DNA of 64,000 nt, taken from contig JASGJH010000001.1 of NCBI GenBank assembly GCA_047601445.1, positions 7,616,001 to 7,680,000 of the forward strand. The letters run 5' to 3'. The translations under genes and the position numbers were made by a program. The notes beneath the pieces were generated by a model. It saw only the letters and a list, made by a program, of their open reading frames with translations. It was not told the origin of the DNA and did not search any database. This DNA comes from Myxococcales bacterium. Lineage in GTDB: Bacteria; Myxococcota_A; Polyangia; Polyangiales; DASUME01. Shown in pieces: positions 33,243 through 43,355 of this stretch. Positions within the stretch are counted from its first letter, which is position 1. Every line of letters begins with the position of its first letter.

Positions 33243-33439
33243 TGCCAGTAAATGTACACCAGCGTGGCGACCAGGCCGAGGCCGAGCAGTCCGACCACGG
33301 GGAGAAACCAATCGACGACACGCTCGGGATCGACAGGGGCGGACACGAGGGGGGAGGGTAGAGGAAAAGAGGAGAAGTCGAAAGCGGTGGCTGTGACTGT
33401 GGCGGCGGCGGAGGCGGCTACCGTGGCCGGTCGTGCCAT
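33239..33439 (-). CDS. Small membrane protein
   Basis: 66 aa with a C-terminal TM (WFLPVVGLLGLGLVATLVYIYW); GTGA coupling to the next gene. Confidence 0.5.
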   Translation of the reverse strand: MARPATVAASAAATVTATAFDFSSFPLPSPLVSAPVDPERVVDWFLPVVGLLGLGLVATLVYIYWQ

Positions 33440-33464
33440 GCAGCGCGCACGACGGCTCTCGCTG

Positions 33465-34922
33465 CTACAGCGCTGCCCACAGTCCGAACCACAGCGATCC
33501 TACCGCCGCTGGGATCAGCCATAGCGCGGCCAGCAGTGCGCGCCGGCGCAGCGCGGATTTGAGGCGCGTTTGGTGTTCGAGATCGAGGGGGGCGGTGCCC
33601 TTCAACGCGAGTTGTCGCCGAATGCGGGCCTGCGGGGGCAGCGCGTACGGGATCCACAACGCGGTCCACAACAAGCACGAGGCCAGTCCGAGCGGGGCCC
33701 AGGGCGGCATAATGGCGCGCAGGCGTCGGTACACCGAGTCGTCGAGTCGCACACCCGCTTCATCGATCCACGTGTTGAAGTGCCGACCGTCGCGCAAGGT
33801 CACTTCGATGCTGAAGGTGCTGTCGGCTGGCGCGCCCTGACGGAGATCGGCGGGCAGCTGACGCGGTCTCGCCGCGCGCACCGACTTGATGCGCGCACGC
33901 GGGATGGGTAATGCCCCCACGCCGCCGCCATCGCTTGCCACGACGCTGACCCGACGCGGCGCGATCACCACAGCGAGGGCGCTTTCCGGGAGGTAGTACT
34001 GGCGTGGCTTGCTGTTCGCTGCGGCCTCGAACACCACCCGCGCATCGGAGGGGAGGCTGGCCTGGCTCGGCGGGGCCGGCTTGGCCAAGGCCACGATCAC
34101 CAGCAGCGGACCCGCCAAGATGCACAGCAGCAACAAGCTCCACACGAAGGTGCCGCTCTTGGAGGGCGCGGCTTCGAGTGGCACCAGGGCCGGATCGGTG
34201 ACCTCCGCGCGCAGGTTCAGATAGCTCGACACCACCATGCCCTGACCGAGCGAGAGCCCGAGCGCGATCACGGGCAGCAGTACGAGCCCTGCGCGCAGCG
34301 TGCCGCCCAGAGAGGCGTTGCTTGCCGCGAAGACGATCGCCAACAGACCCGGTAGCATTTGCAAGGCGTGGGCGACGAGGCTCGTGAGCCAGGTGCGCAG
34401 GGCGCCGCTCTCGGACACCAGGCGTGCGCTCTCGAGCAAGGCCGCGTGCAGTCCGCCTCCACGGTCGATGAGGATCGCGGGCGCGTGCTCGAAGTGCACG
34501 CTCACCGCGATCACCAGGCAGCTCGCCAGCAAGGGCACGCCCAGGCTCTTGAGCAACTGCTCGGTACCGGCGGGTGCGCCGAGCGAGATGCCGCCGAGCA
34601 CCACGTCGGGTCCCAGCGCGACGAGGCTCAAGGTCGCGATCGCGCCCAGCACCGTGACAGCCGCCATCTGCACGCCCGCGGCCGCGAACCAAGCGGTCGT
34701 GCGTTTGGGGGGGTGCTCCAGGCCCTGTGGGTCCTTACCGAGGCCGATTTGTAGCGCGAACAGCTCACACAAGAACCACGGCGCCGCGAAGATGCCGAGT
34801 CCGCAGCAGACCGCAGCCAGGGATGTGAGCAACGCGCCTCCGAGGCCCAGGGTGGCCCAGGGACGCCGGCGGAAGAGGCGTACGGACTCTTGGAGAGCTG
34901 CGCTGGGCAGCAAGGCGCGCAT
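33465..34922 (-). CDS. Multi-pass membrane protein, unknown function
   Basis: From MRALLPSAAL: many hydrophobic segments plus a soluble loop. Confidence 0.6.
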   Translation of the reverse strand: MRALLPSAALQESVRLFRRRPWATLGLGGALLTSLAAVCCGLGIFAAPWFLCELFALQIGLGKDPQGLEHPPKRTTAWFAAAGVQMAAVTVLGAIATLSLVALGPDVVLGGISLGAPAGTEQLLKSLGVPLLASCLVIAVSVHFEHAPAILIDRGGGLHAALLESARLVSESGALRTWLTSLVAHALQMLPGLLAIVFAASNASLGGTLRAGLVLLPVIALGLSLGQGMVVSSYLNLRAEVTDPALVPLEAAPSKSGTFVWSLLLLCILAGPLLVIVALAKPAPPSQASLPSDARVVFEAAANSKPRQYYLPESALAVVIAPRRVSVVASDGGGVGALPIPRARIKSVRAARPRQLPADLRQGAPADSTFSIEVTLRDGRHFNTWIDEAGVRLDDSVYRRLRAIMPPWAPLGLASCLLWTALWIPYALPPQARIRRQLALKGTAPLDLEHQTRLKSALRRRALLAALWLIPAAVGSLWFGLWAAL

Positions 34923-35084
34923 CGGCCAGGGTCGTACCACGCTTCTCACGCGGCTGCTTGAGCTGCTTACCCGGTGCGAACGGGCCGCCACCTTGGCCCG
35001 GGCGGACCTTGCCCGGTGGGGCGCGAAGGGCGATGGTGTGGAGTGCACTCGCGTCCGGGTCGCGCGAGGCCGAGGAGTCCTGCA

Positions 35085-35903
35085 GTGAAGCCATTGTTTG
35101 CACCGGGGTTGTTCGAGGAACAGGTAGTGGTCATCACCGGTGGCGGCACGGGCATCGGGCGCGCGGTGGCCGAGGAGGTCGGGCAGCTCGGGGCCAAGGT
35201 GGCCATCTGCGGCCGGCGTCAGGAGAAGCTCGACGAGGCCAAGGCAGAGCTCGAGGCGCTTGGCATCCAGGCCTTTGCGGCGCGCTGCGACATCCGCGAG
35301 GAAGCCAGCGCGGGAAGCTTCGTGGAGGCAGTACTGGCCCACTTCGGGCGCATCGATGTACTCGTGAACAACGCGGGCGGGCAGTTCCCGATGCTGGGCG
35401 AGTACCTATCTTTGAAGGGCTTCGAGGCGGTGGTGCGGAACAACTTGTTCGGCACCTGGAACATGACACGGGCGGTGGCCACCCAGGCCTTCATCAAGCA
35501 GAAGCGCGGGCGCATCGTGAATGTGATCGCCCAGATCGCACGAGGCTTTCCGGGCATGCTGCACACGGGGGCAGCGCGCGCGGGCGTCGACAACCTGACC
35601 AAGTCGCTCGCCATCGAGTGGGCTCAGCACGGCATTCGCGTCAACGCCGTCGCGCCCGGTGTAATCAAGACGAGCGGCACCGACCAGTACGCGCCGGCCT
35701 TCCTGGAGATGGGGCGGCAGTCCACGCCGCTCAAGCGCCTGGGCCGCAGCGACGAGGTCAGCCACTTGGTCGTCTACCTGGCAAGCCAAGCAGCCGACTT
35801 CGTCACGGGCCAGACCTTCTACATCGACGGCGGCCAGAGCCTGTGGGGCGACTTGTTCACCATCAACGACGGCATCCCGGGCAGCGAGCCGAACACCAAG
35901 TAG
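35085..35903 (+). CDS. SDR oxidoreductase (trans-2-enoyl-CoA reductase/AtuB-like)
   Basis: ITGGGTGIG, LVNNAGGQF, HTGAARAGVDNLT, RVNAVAPG, IDGGQSL. Confidence 0.88.
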   Translation: MKPLFAPGLFEEQVVVITGGGTGIGRAVAEEVGQLGAKVAICGRRQEKLDEAKAELEALGIQAFAARCDIREEASAGSFVEAVLAHFGRIDVLVNNAGGQFPMLGEYLSLKGFEAVVRNNLFGTWNMTRAVATQAFIKQKRGRIVNVIAQIARGFPGMLHTGAARAGVDNLTKSLAIEWAQHGIRVNAVAPGVIKTSGTDQYAPAFLEMGRQSTPLKRLGRSDEVSHLVVYLASQAADFVTGQTFYIDGGQSLWGDLFTINDGIPGSEPNTK

Positions 35904-35914
35904 CGACGACGCCT

Positions 35915-36763
35915 CTAGCCGCTCGGTGGCGCGATGTGGGCTGCCATCAGCCTCACATACGTGTTCTCGAGGTAGGTGACCACCAGCTGGTTTTCGCCCG
36001 GGCCCATCGTGAGGGTAACGGCCGAGAGCAACGTGGTCGACGGGCAGCCGGCCGTGAGTTGGCTGTCGCAAACGCCGAACGCAAAGCTGCCAGGAGTGAC
36101 CGAAAAAACGTCCGCGACGTTGGTGCTGCCAGCATGGAAGCAGCCGCTGCCGACGATGCCAAGGTCCGCGACGATGCCGCCGTCGATGTCGAACAAGCCA
36201 TAGTAGATGTGCAGGTTGGCCAGCTTCGGGTCGCCCTCCATGAGCCTGCTCTCGTCGAGAGTGGCGTACGCGACCTGATTGGTGTCGTTGTCGAGGCTGA
36301 CGATCAGGCTCGCGCGTTGCTGAGCGCCGTCGAGCTCACCCACCGTGACCGCGGCTCGGTCGGGGCCCGAGACGACGCTCCAATTGCCGCCCGTGGGGAG
36401 TTGCCCGCTCGGCAGGAGCACGAACTCGGGGTGGTGCGAGAAGGCATTGAGGGGAACCTCGAAGTACTCGGAGATGCTGCCGAAGGTGAGGCTCTCGGCG
36501 ACGCGCACGGCGCGATCGTCCTGGTCGCGCACCCAGGCGTCGAAGCTCACGCCTTGCACGGTGTTCGCCACGCGCACCTCGGCGGTGGGGCCGAGCGTCG
36601 CGCTGCCGCCGTCCAGGTCGACCACCACGTTCACATCGCCGTCGCCGTCGCCATCGCCGCCACTGCCCGCGTCGTCCGCAGCGGATGGCGCATCGCTATC
36701 CCCGCACCCGAGCGCCAATACCGTGACCAGGCTCAAGCCGAGCCCGCGCGTCCACGTTCGCAT
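35915..36763 (-). CDS. Hypothetical lipoprotein with GD-repeat linker
   Basis: Lipobox ALGC, GGDGDGDGD linker, EVRVANTV...LTFGSISEYFEVP. Confidence 0.6.
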   Translation of the reverse strand: MRTWTRGLGLSLVTVLALGCGDSDAPSAADDAGSGGDGDGDGDVNVVVDLDGGSATLGPTAEVRVANTVQGVSFDAWVRDQDDRAVRVAESLTFGSISEYFEVPLNAFSHHPEFVLLPSGQLPTGGNWSVVSGPDRAAVTVGELDGAQQRASLIVSLDNDTNQVAYATLDESRLMEGDPKLANLHIYYGLFDIDGGIVADLGIVGSGCFHAGSTNVADVFSVTPGSFAFGVCDSQLTAGCPSTTLLSAVTLTMGPGENQLVVTYLENTYVRLMAAHIAPPSG

Positions 36764-36781
36764 CTCTCCCTCGTCCCAGTC

Positions 36782-37579
36782 TCAGGCGCTGGCTTCCAAG
36801 GTCTCTTGCTTCCTGCGCAAATCGATGAAGTACGCAACGATCACGGAGGCGTAATACAGGCCGACCAGGGGGATCAGCAACAGCAACATGCTCAAGGCAT
36901 CTTGGGTGGGCGTGAGGACCGCGGCGATCACGCTGGACACCACCAGCCACCAGCGGCCGAAGCCGAGCAGCTGTTTGTGCGTGACCACGCCCGCCAGGGA
37001 CAGGAACGTGATCACCACCGGGACCTCGAAGGTGATGCCGAAGACCATCAGCATCTGCGCCACGAAGGAGACGTACTCGCCCATCATCAGCGTGGGCTGG
37101 ATCTCCACCACGCCGCCGGGCAACTTGCCCGAGAAGTCCATCAGCGTCTCGAAGGTGGGCGGGAAGATGTAGAACCAGCCGAACAGGCCGCCGATGGTGA
37201 AGCACACGGTGGAGGCGAACACGAAGGGCAAAAGCAGGCGCTTCTCGCGCGCGTAGAGGCCGGGCGCGATGAAGGACCAGAGCTGCCAGAACACCCAGGG
37301 GCTCGAGGCGAGGAGCGCCACGATGGCGGACTGCTTGAGGTAGACGACCATGGGGTCGACCGGGCTCGAGAAGTGCAGCTTGGGGATGCCGAGGCCCATG
37401 GCCTGCCAGGCCTTGTTGAGCGGGATCACGAGGATCGAGAACACCTCTTCGCGGAAGATCCAGGCCCCGATGAAGGCGGGGATGAAGGGCAACAGGCTGC
37501 GGATCAAGCGCGTGCGCAGCTCGTCGAGGTGTTCGAAGAACGTCATCTGGACGTCCTGCTCTGGCTCTTGCGCGCTCAC
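36782..37579 (-). CDS. tatC: Twin-arginine translocase TatC
   Basis: MTFFEHLDELRTRL, QLWSFIAPGLYAREK, FGITFEVP, AAVLTP. Confidence 0.95.
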   Translation of the reverse strand: MSAQEPEQDVQMTFFEHLDELRTRLIRSLLPFIPAFIGAWIFREEVFSILVIPLNKAWQAMGLGIPKLHFSSPVDPMVVYLKQSAIVALLASSPWVFWQLWSFIAPGLYAREKRLLLPFVFASTVCFTIGGLFGWFYIFPPTFETLMDFSGKLPGGVVEIQPTLMMGEYVSFVAQMLMVFGITFEVPVVITFLSLAGVVTHKQLLGFGRWWLVVSSVIAAVLTPTQDALSMLLLLIPLVGLYYASVIVAYFIDLRRKQETLEASA

Positions 37580-37942
37580 CTAGCCCTCGTTGCTTGTGTC
37601 GGAGGGACTGGGCGAGCCGCTGGCGGCCACGCGCGTACCGTGCTCCTGCTGATAGCGCGCGTGAGCGGTGTCGACGCCCTCGCTCGGGCTCTCACTCTCG
37701 CGGTCGCTGGGCCTCAGCACGTAGCGCTGGGGCTTGGTCTCGGCCTTGAGCGGGTTGCGCAGCTCGTCGTCGCGCATGAGCTCGTCGATGCCCGTGGACC
37801 TGCGCAGGTCGTTCGTGGCGCGCCGGACCTCTCGCATGCCCTTGCCGACGGTCTTCATCAGCTGGGGCAGCTGGCGTGGTCCCACCGCGATCAGGAGGAT
37901 CACGGCGATGATGAGCATTTCGCCGAAGCCGATGCCGAACAT
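37580..37942 (-). CDS. tatB: Twin-arginine translocase TatB/TatA
   Basis: MFGIGFGEMLIIAVILLIAVGPRQLP; adjacent to tatC. Confidence 0.85.
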   Translation of the reverse strand: MFGIGFGEMLIIAVILLIAVGPRQLPQLMKTVGKGMREVRRATNDLRRSTGIDELMRDDELRNPLKAETKPQRYVLRPSDRESESPSEGVDTAHARYQQEHGTRVAASGSPSPSDTSNEG

Positions 37943-38009
37943 ACGCCTGTGGTTTAGCAGCTCCGGCCGTTTTGGCCTAACCCCTGAAAACCCAGGGATA
38001 TTCTGGGCT

Positions 38010-39917
38010 TCAGGAGGCCGAGGCGAGGTTGTGTAGGCGTTCGGCGCTGCTCCCCAGCGCGCGCATCTGGCGCTCGAATTCGCGCACCAGCTGCTGGGCC
38101 CGGGTGGAGGTCTGGGCGAGCTGCTCGGATTCCACCGCGCGGTCGCGCTGGGCGCTGTTGAGCTGGTTGGCCAGGGTGGAGATGGACTCGATGGCCTGGG
38201 TCACCTGCTTGCCGCCCCGGGCCTGTTCCTGCGACGAGCGCTCCACGTGCTGGGTGATGACGCGCATGCGCTCGGCGCTCTTGATGATGAGCTCGGAGCC
38301 GCGCGCCTGCTCGCTGGTGGCCGCTGCGATTTGCTGCACGGTCTCGGCGATGCGCCCGATGGCGTCCGTGACCTGCTTGCTGCCCTTGGCCTGCTCCACG
38401 GTGGCTCGCGCGATGGCGCGCACCATGTTCGTGGACTTCTGGGAGGAGTCGAGGATCTTCTTGAGCGCCGCTTCGGCTTCGGCGGACACCTGCACGCCAT
38501 GGTCGACGGTGGCGTTGGAGCGCTCCACGGTCTTGATGGCGTTCTTGGACTCGGCCTGGATGGTCTTGATGAGCTCGGCGATCTCCTTGGTGGAGGCGCC
38601 AGCGCGTTCGGCCAGATCCTTGATCTCGTCTGCGACCACCGCGAAGCCCTTGCCGTGCTCGCCGGCCTGGGCCGCGATGATGGCGGCGTTGAGCGCGAGC
38701 AGGTTGGTCTGCTCGGCGACGTCGTCGATCACGTTCAGGATGTCACCGATGGCCTCGATGCGCTGACCCAGCGTGGCGATGATGCTCACCGTCTCGCCCG
38801 AGGTCTCCTTGATGCGATTGACCTCTTCGAGGGTCTTGAGGATGGCGTCCGCGCCGCGCTCGGCGTCCACGGCCACCTCCTCGGACAGGCGCGCCGTTTC
38901 GTTGGCGTTGGAGCGCACCTGGTCGATGGAAACGTCCATCTCGTTCATGGAGGAGGAGGTCTCTTCGGCGGTCAGCGAGAGGGCGTCGACGTTGCGCGCC
39001 ACTTCCTTGATGCTGTAGGCCATCTCCTCGATGGAGGACACCGTCTCGCGCACGCTGGCACCGAGGTTCGACATGTTCTCCGCGACCTCTGCGTTGGTGG
39101 CAGTCATCTCGAGGATGCTCGAGCTGGACTCCTCTGCGCTCGAGGCCAGCGTCTCGATGTGGCCGCCGATCTGCTTGGCGCCCTCTTGCTGCGAGCTCAC
39201 TGCGCGGCCCGTTTGCTCGAGCGACGCCGACAGCTCGTCGATGCCCTCTCCGAAGCCCGCGATGACGTCGCTGATTTGCTTCTCGAGCTCGTTGAGCTCC
39301 GAGCGCAGGCCGTGGTTGCGCGCACGGTAGGTCTCGTTCTCGCGCCGCACTTGCTCGAGGTCGCCGCGGGTGCCGCTGAGCTCGGCCTCCAGACGGGCGA
39401 TGCGATCGGCGCCGCGCGTGGCTTCGCTGGACGCGTTCTCCTGGCGGGACTTGAGCAAGTCGACCTCGCGCAGGGCGCTGTCCTGGGTGCGTCGCGCGGC
39501 GTCGAGCTCCGCCCGCAGCCGCTCGAGCTCGCCGCGGTGGCGGTCAGCGTCGGACTGATTGCGGTCCGCATCGGCCTTGAAGCGGTCGGCTTCGACCTTG
39601 AAGCGATCACCGTCGAGTCGGTAGCGCTCCACGCGCTGCGCGAGCGCGTCGATGCTGTCGTAGAGCGGCGCCTCCTGGGGACCGGCGCTCAACGGGCGTG
39701 CCGTGCGCAGGCCGTCGCCCGCGCCGCGCACTGCGTTGAGCAGTCCGTTCACGTCGTTGCCCCCGACTGCGGCGAGCGCGACGATCACGCTGCCCAGGGC
39801 GGCGATGCCACCCACGACGGCGCCTTCGTTGAGCTTCAGGAAGTAACCCGCTGCGGCGCCGATGGCGATCGCGAACAGTAAGTAGATCCTGCGATCCGGC
39901 GGAATCTTCTCGAACAT
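38010..39917 (-). CDS. Methyl-accepting chemotaxis protein
   Basis: [40 protein letters not shown] hairpin tip; two N-terminal TMs; long coiled coil. Confidence 0.92.
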   Translation of the reverse strand: MFEKIPPDRRIYLLFAIAIGAAAGYFLKLNEGAVVGGIAALGSVIVALAAVGGNDVNGLLNAVRGAGDGLRTARPLSAGPQEAPLYDSIDALAQRVERYRLDGDRFKVEADRFKADADRNQSDADRHRGELERLRAELDAARRTQDSALREVDLLKSRQENASSEATRGADRIARLEAELSGTRGDLEQVRRENETYRARNHGLRSELNELEKQISDVIAGFGEGIDELSASLEQTGRAVSSQQEGAKQIGGHIETLASSAEESSSSILEMTATNAEVAENMSNLGASVRETVSSIEEMAYSIKEVARNVDALSLTAEETSSSMNEMDVSIDQVRSNANETARLSEEVAVDAERGADAILKTLEEVNRIKETSGETVSIIATLGQRIEAIGDILNVIDDVAEQTNLLALNAAIIAAQAGEHGKGFAVVADEIKDLAERAGASTKEIAELIKTIQAESKNAIKTVERSNATVDHGVQVSAEAEAALKKILDSSQKSTNMVRAIARATVEQAKGSKQVTDAIGRIAETVQQIAAATSEQARGSELIIKSAERMRVITQHVERSSQEQARGGKQVTQAIESISTLANQLNSAQRDRAVESEQLAQTSTRAQQLVREFERQMRALGSSAERLHNLASAS

Positions 39918-40130
39918 GCCTAACAACCCCTTGGGCGGGAAAACGCGTGTGCGACGTCGGGTGCTTCACGAGCACCCCGCGCGCGTAGGGTACACCGAGC
40001 ATGTGCGGTTTCCCCAACTTTGCCGCGAACTAGGCCGCGCCCCGGTTGAACTCGGCGCCCGCCTGGCGCGCGTGTCTGGAAACGTGGGCCAAGGGTCGCC
40101 GCCAGCGCGGGTGTTCGACTCAAAATCGGC

Positions 40131-41120
40131 TCAGAACGCGGCGGCGCGCACGGGTACGGGTGCGCGCGTGGGACGGGACTCGTCGAGGGTCTGCACCAGG
40201 GACGGGTCCACCATCGCGGGCATGAGCTCCGCCACCAGCTGATTCTCGGCGTGGTGCAGCGGTGTGTCGGCTGCAGCGGCCAGCGCACGCTCCACCAGGC
40301 GCGTGTTGAGCGGTCGGGCCCGGGGATCGCGGGCGAGCAGGCTCTGGACCAGGCTCTCGAGGCTGCGCGGCACATTGGCGCGCACACGCCCCACCAGCTC
40401 GGCGTCCTCGCTCAAGGCCTGACGCAGCACACTGGCCGCATTGAGCCCCGCGAAGGGCGGCCGACCCGTGAGCGCCTCGAACAAGGTGGCGCCGAGTCCA
40501 TACAGATCACTACGCGGCGTGGCCGGGGCGGTGGGCGCCGCCTGTTCCGGTGCCAGGTAGCCCGGGGTCCCGAGGACTTGAAGCGCAAGAGCACCCGTCA
40601 TATCCGCCTGGGGCGGCTGGCAGACGCCAAAATCGAGCAGCGACACGTGCAGCGCGCCGCGATCCACCGAGAGCCAGACGTGCTCGGACTTGAGGTCGCG
40701 ATGCACGTAGCCGGCCGCATGGACCGCCGACAGCACACGCGTGGCGCGCCGCAGCACCGCGATGGCTTGGCTCACCGGCAGCGGCCCGCGCCGCCGGATC
40801 ATGCGCAGCAGGCTCTCGCCGTGCAGGCGCTCGAACACCAGGTAAGGCGAGCCATCGGGCAGGGTGCCGTCGTCGACACAGGCCACGATGCCCGGGTGCC
40901 GAATCGCGCGTGCTGCCTCGGCCTCGCGCCGCAACCGCAGCGCCAGGTCCGAGCGATGCGCGAGCGATTCCTTGAGCACCTTGACGACGAACTCGCGGTC
41001 ATCCGACTCGCGAAAGGCGCGCAGCACCACGCCGGTGGCGCCCGTTCCCACGGGCTCACCGAGCCGGTATTGCCCGTCCAGAAGCGCCCCCCAGAGCTCC
41101 GTGCGTGCGTCCCCAAACAT
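40131..41120 (-). CDS. Ser/Thr protein kinase (Hanks type)
   Basis: GTGATGVV, VVKVL, VHRDLKSEH, LDFG, GTPGYLAPEQ, SDLYGLG. Confidence 0.88.
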   Translation of the reverse strand: MFGDARTELWGALLDGQYRLGEPVGTGATGVVLRAFRESDDREFVVKVLKESLAHRSDLALRLRREAEAARAIRHPGIVACVDDGTLPDGSPYLVFERLHGESLLRMIRRRGPLPVSQAIAVLRRATRVLSAVHAAGYVHRDLKSEHVWLSVDRGALHVSLLDFGVCQPPQADMTGALALQVLGTPGYLAPEQAAPTAPATPRSDLYGLGATLFEALTGRPPFAGLNAASVLRQALSEDAELVGRVRANVPRSLESLVQSLLARDPRARPLNTRLVERALAAAADTPLHHAENQLVAELMPAMVDPSLVQTLDESRPTRAPVPVRAAAF

Positions 41121-41245
41121 GGCGGAAACGATGCCGTCTGCGCGCGCTCCGACCAAAAAGACGGCGCGAATTGTCAGAAATTTGGACAAGCTCGCGGGCC
41201 TGTGGTGGAACGCGCCTCCCGGCCTGCGTCCGCCCTCGGGGCCGC

Positions 41246-42418
41246 TCAGAGACGTCGCAGCGCCATCAAATGTTCGCCCCGCAGCGGTCCGCCCCGGAAG
41301 TCCGGGCGCGCCTGCGTGGCGACCGCGAGCGGCTCGAAACCGACCTCGTCCGCGATTTCCGCCACCAGCACGTCCGCGGGGACGCGTACCCCGGCGTGCT
41401 CTCCGTCGCCCATCAACATCACCAGGAGGGCGTCGCGGCGCATCACCTGGTGCATCGACTTGAGCGCGAAGCCGAGCTCGCGCGCGAAGCGCTCGCTGCT
41501 GGTGCCGCGGCGGCGCGCGCCGATTTCTCCGGCCTCGAGGTTCTTGGCGTCGAGACCGAGCCAGGCGAAGCGACGGGCGTGGTGATTCACGTAGTCGTAC
41601 GTGTTGCCGTAGGGCGGAGAGGTCAGCACCAGGTCCACGGGCTTGTCGATCAGGTCGGGCAAGCGCCGCGCGTCGCCCTCGCGCACCGAGGGCAACGGCC
41701 CCCTGGCGGCGCGCTCGTAGTCGCGCATGCGATCGGCCAATTCCAGGGTCTTGCGCTCGAAAAACTCGCTGACGAGTCCTTTGCGCACGCGGCGCGCCAC
41801 GGCCTCCTCGGCGGTGTCCGAGCGTTGCTTGGAGAACTTCACCACCAGCGAGGAAAACACCAGGCGCAGCGCGTTGCGCAGACGCACGTCCTCGGTGCGA
41901 TCGATCTCCTCGAGCAAGCCGGCCATCTCCTTGACCACATGGGGCTCGTACCAGGCGAGCTCCTTGGGTTCGAGCTTCGCGCGCACCGGGTCCCGCGCCT
42001 GCACGCGTTCCTCCGAGCGCGCCCGGACTTCGCTCGCGGTGCGCACGAGCTGCCCCCGCAGCGCGGGGTCGAAGGGCTGGGTCTTCAGGCGCGAGAGGGC
42101 GACGGCCAGTGGGTTCAGGTCCGTGCCGCTGCCCAGGAAGCCGGCGGCGCGCGCCTCGACCAACACCGTGCCGCTGCCGCAGAAGGGGTCGAGCACATGG
42201 CCGCCCGCCAGGCCGACCCCGGTCAGCACGCGCTCGGCCGTGGCCCAGTGCATACGCGCGGGGTAGCTGTGAAAGCCGTGGGTGAAGCGGTCGCGCTCGA
42301 GGTTGCCGGTGTCGAGGGCATGCACCAGCAGATCGCAGAGCTCGGGGTCGCCAGCGACCAGGGTCTGGCCCCCCGTGTTACTAAGGGCGCGCTTGGGGCG
42401 GCGAGGCGGTACGGACAT
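41246..42418 (-). CDS. Amino-methyltransferase, DNA N4-cytosine/N6-adenine type (orphan)
   Basis: THGFHSYPARM, VLDPFCGSGTVLVEA (motif I), DLVLTSPPYGNTYDY (motif IV, SPPY). Confidence 0.7.
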   Translation of the reverse strand: MSVPPRRPKRALSNTGGQTLVAGDPELCDLLVHALDTGNLERDRFTHGFHSYPARMHWATAERVLTGVGLAGGHVLDPFCGSGTVLVEARAAGFLGSGTDLNPLAVALSRLKTQPFDPALRGQLVRTASEVRARSEERVQARDPVRAKLEPKELAWYEPHVVKEMAGLLEEIDRTEDVRLRNALRLVFSSLVVKFSKQRSDTAEEAVARRVRKGLVSEFFERKTLELADRMRDYERAARGPLPSVREGDARRLPDLIDKPVDLVLTSPPYGNTYDYVNHHARRFAWLGLDAKNLEAGEIGARRRGTSSERFARELGFALKSMHQVMRRDALLVMLMGDGEHAGVRVPADVLVAEIADEVGFEPLAVATQARPDFRGGPLRGEHLMALRRL

Positions 42419-42439
42419 CTCGGCCAAGCTTAGTACGAG

Positions 42440-43291
42440 TCATGGACTCGGCAGCTCACCGCTCGGCGCGCTCAGACCAAAGAAGGCGCGCACGGCGAGA
42501 TAACTCTCGCTGCGGGCACCCCCGGCATCACGGGCGATCCAGGTGGAATGCTCGGGCCGGGAGGCGCTCACTTCGGACGTCACGGAGTCCGCTCGGCCCA
42601 GCGTGAACACCGAGAACAGGGCTGCCTTCTCGCTCGCCCGCGGGATCACGTCGCGCCGGCGCAGCACCGTGAGGCCGGCCGTCGCGGCCGTGGCGAGCAC
42701 GCGCTCCGGGAAGCGTGCGTCCGCGCAGACCACCATGCGTCCGCCCGGCTTGAGGCAACGACCCCCGGCGAGCAGGTAGTCTTCCACGCCGCCTCGAAAC
42801 TCCTGACGCGCATAGGCACGCTGCGCGTCGGTCGACGGTGTGGCCGTGCCCGGCGCGACATAGGGGGGCGTGCCCGTGATGAGGTCGAAGCCGCCGGCCG
42901 AGAGCTCGGGATGCGCCACCGCGCGCAGGTCGCCGAACACGGGGCGCACGCGCGAACCGAGCTCGTTGCGAGCGATGTTCCGGGTGAGGAGCTCGAAGGA
43001 GTTGCGCTGGGCCTCCACGGCCACGAACCGCGCGTCAGGCAGCTTGTAAGCGAGCATCAACAGCACAGAACCGATGCCGCTGCCGAGTTCCAGGCACTGG
43101 CGCGCATGGGGCGCTACCGATGCCGCTTCCCAGGCCGTGATCACGTCGTCGAGCGAGTAGCGATGGCCGTGCACGCGCTGGAAGATGCGAAAGCTTCCGG
43201 TGATGGCGTCGTCGCTCAGCGGGCCGAGCTCGGCCGGCTCCTCCGGCGCATCCGGGTGCAAACTCGGCGTGCTCTTGGGCGAAAGGGTCAC
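42440..43291 (-). CDS. SAM methyltransferase, tRNA1(Val) A37 N6 (TrmN6/YfiC)-like
   Basis: IFQRVHGHRYSLDD, LELGSGIGSV, FDLITGTPPY, ARQEFRG. Confidence 0.7.
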   Translation of the reverse strand: MTLSPKSTPSLHPDAPEEPAELGPLSDDAITGSFRIFQRVHGHRYSLDDVITAWEAASVAPHARQCLELGSGIGSVLLMLAYKLPDARFVAVEAQRNSFELLTRNIARNELGSRVRPVFGDLRAVAHPELSAGGFDLITGTPPYVAPGTATPSTDAQRAYARQEFRGGVEDYLLAGGRCLKPGGRMVVCADARFPERVLATAATAGLTVLRRRDVIPRASEKAALFSVFTLGRADSVTSEVSASRPEHSTWIARDAGGARSESYLAVRAFFGLSAPSGELPSP

Positions 43292-43355
43292 CGCCCGAAG
43301 GTAGCGCGTGAGAGAACGAGTGCACCGAACCACGCGGCCCGGTGCACTCTCAGTC

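Noticed and set aside
36630..36665. GDGDGD-coding microsatellite
   Set aside because: Ordinary low-complexity linker after a lipobox.
34958..37957. 999-aa plus-strand ORF
   Set aside because: Off-frame over the SDR gene and antisense to the lipoprotein and tatBC; composition typical of shadow ORFs.
42440..43291. Methyltransferase as tailoring enzyme for the GG peptide
   Set aside because: Its motifs fit a housekeeping TrmN6-like nucleic-acid methyltransferase; adjacency alone is insufficient.
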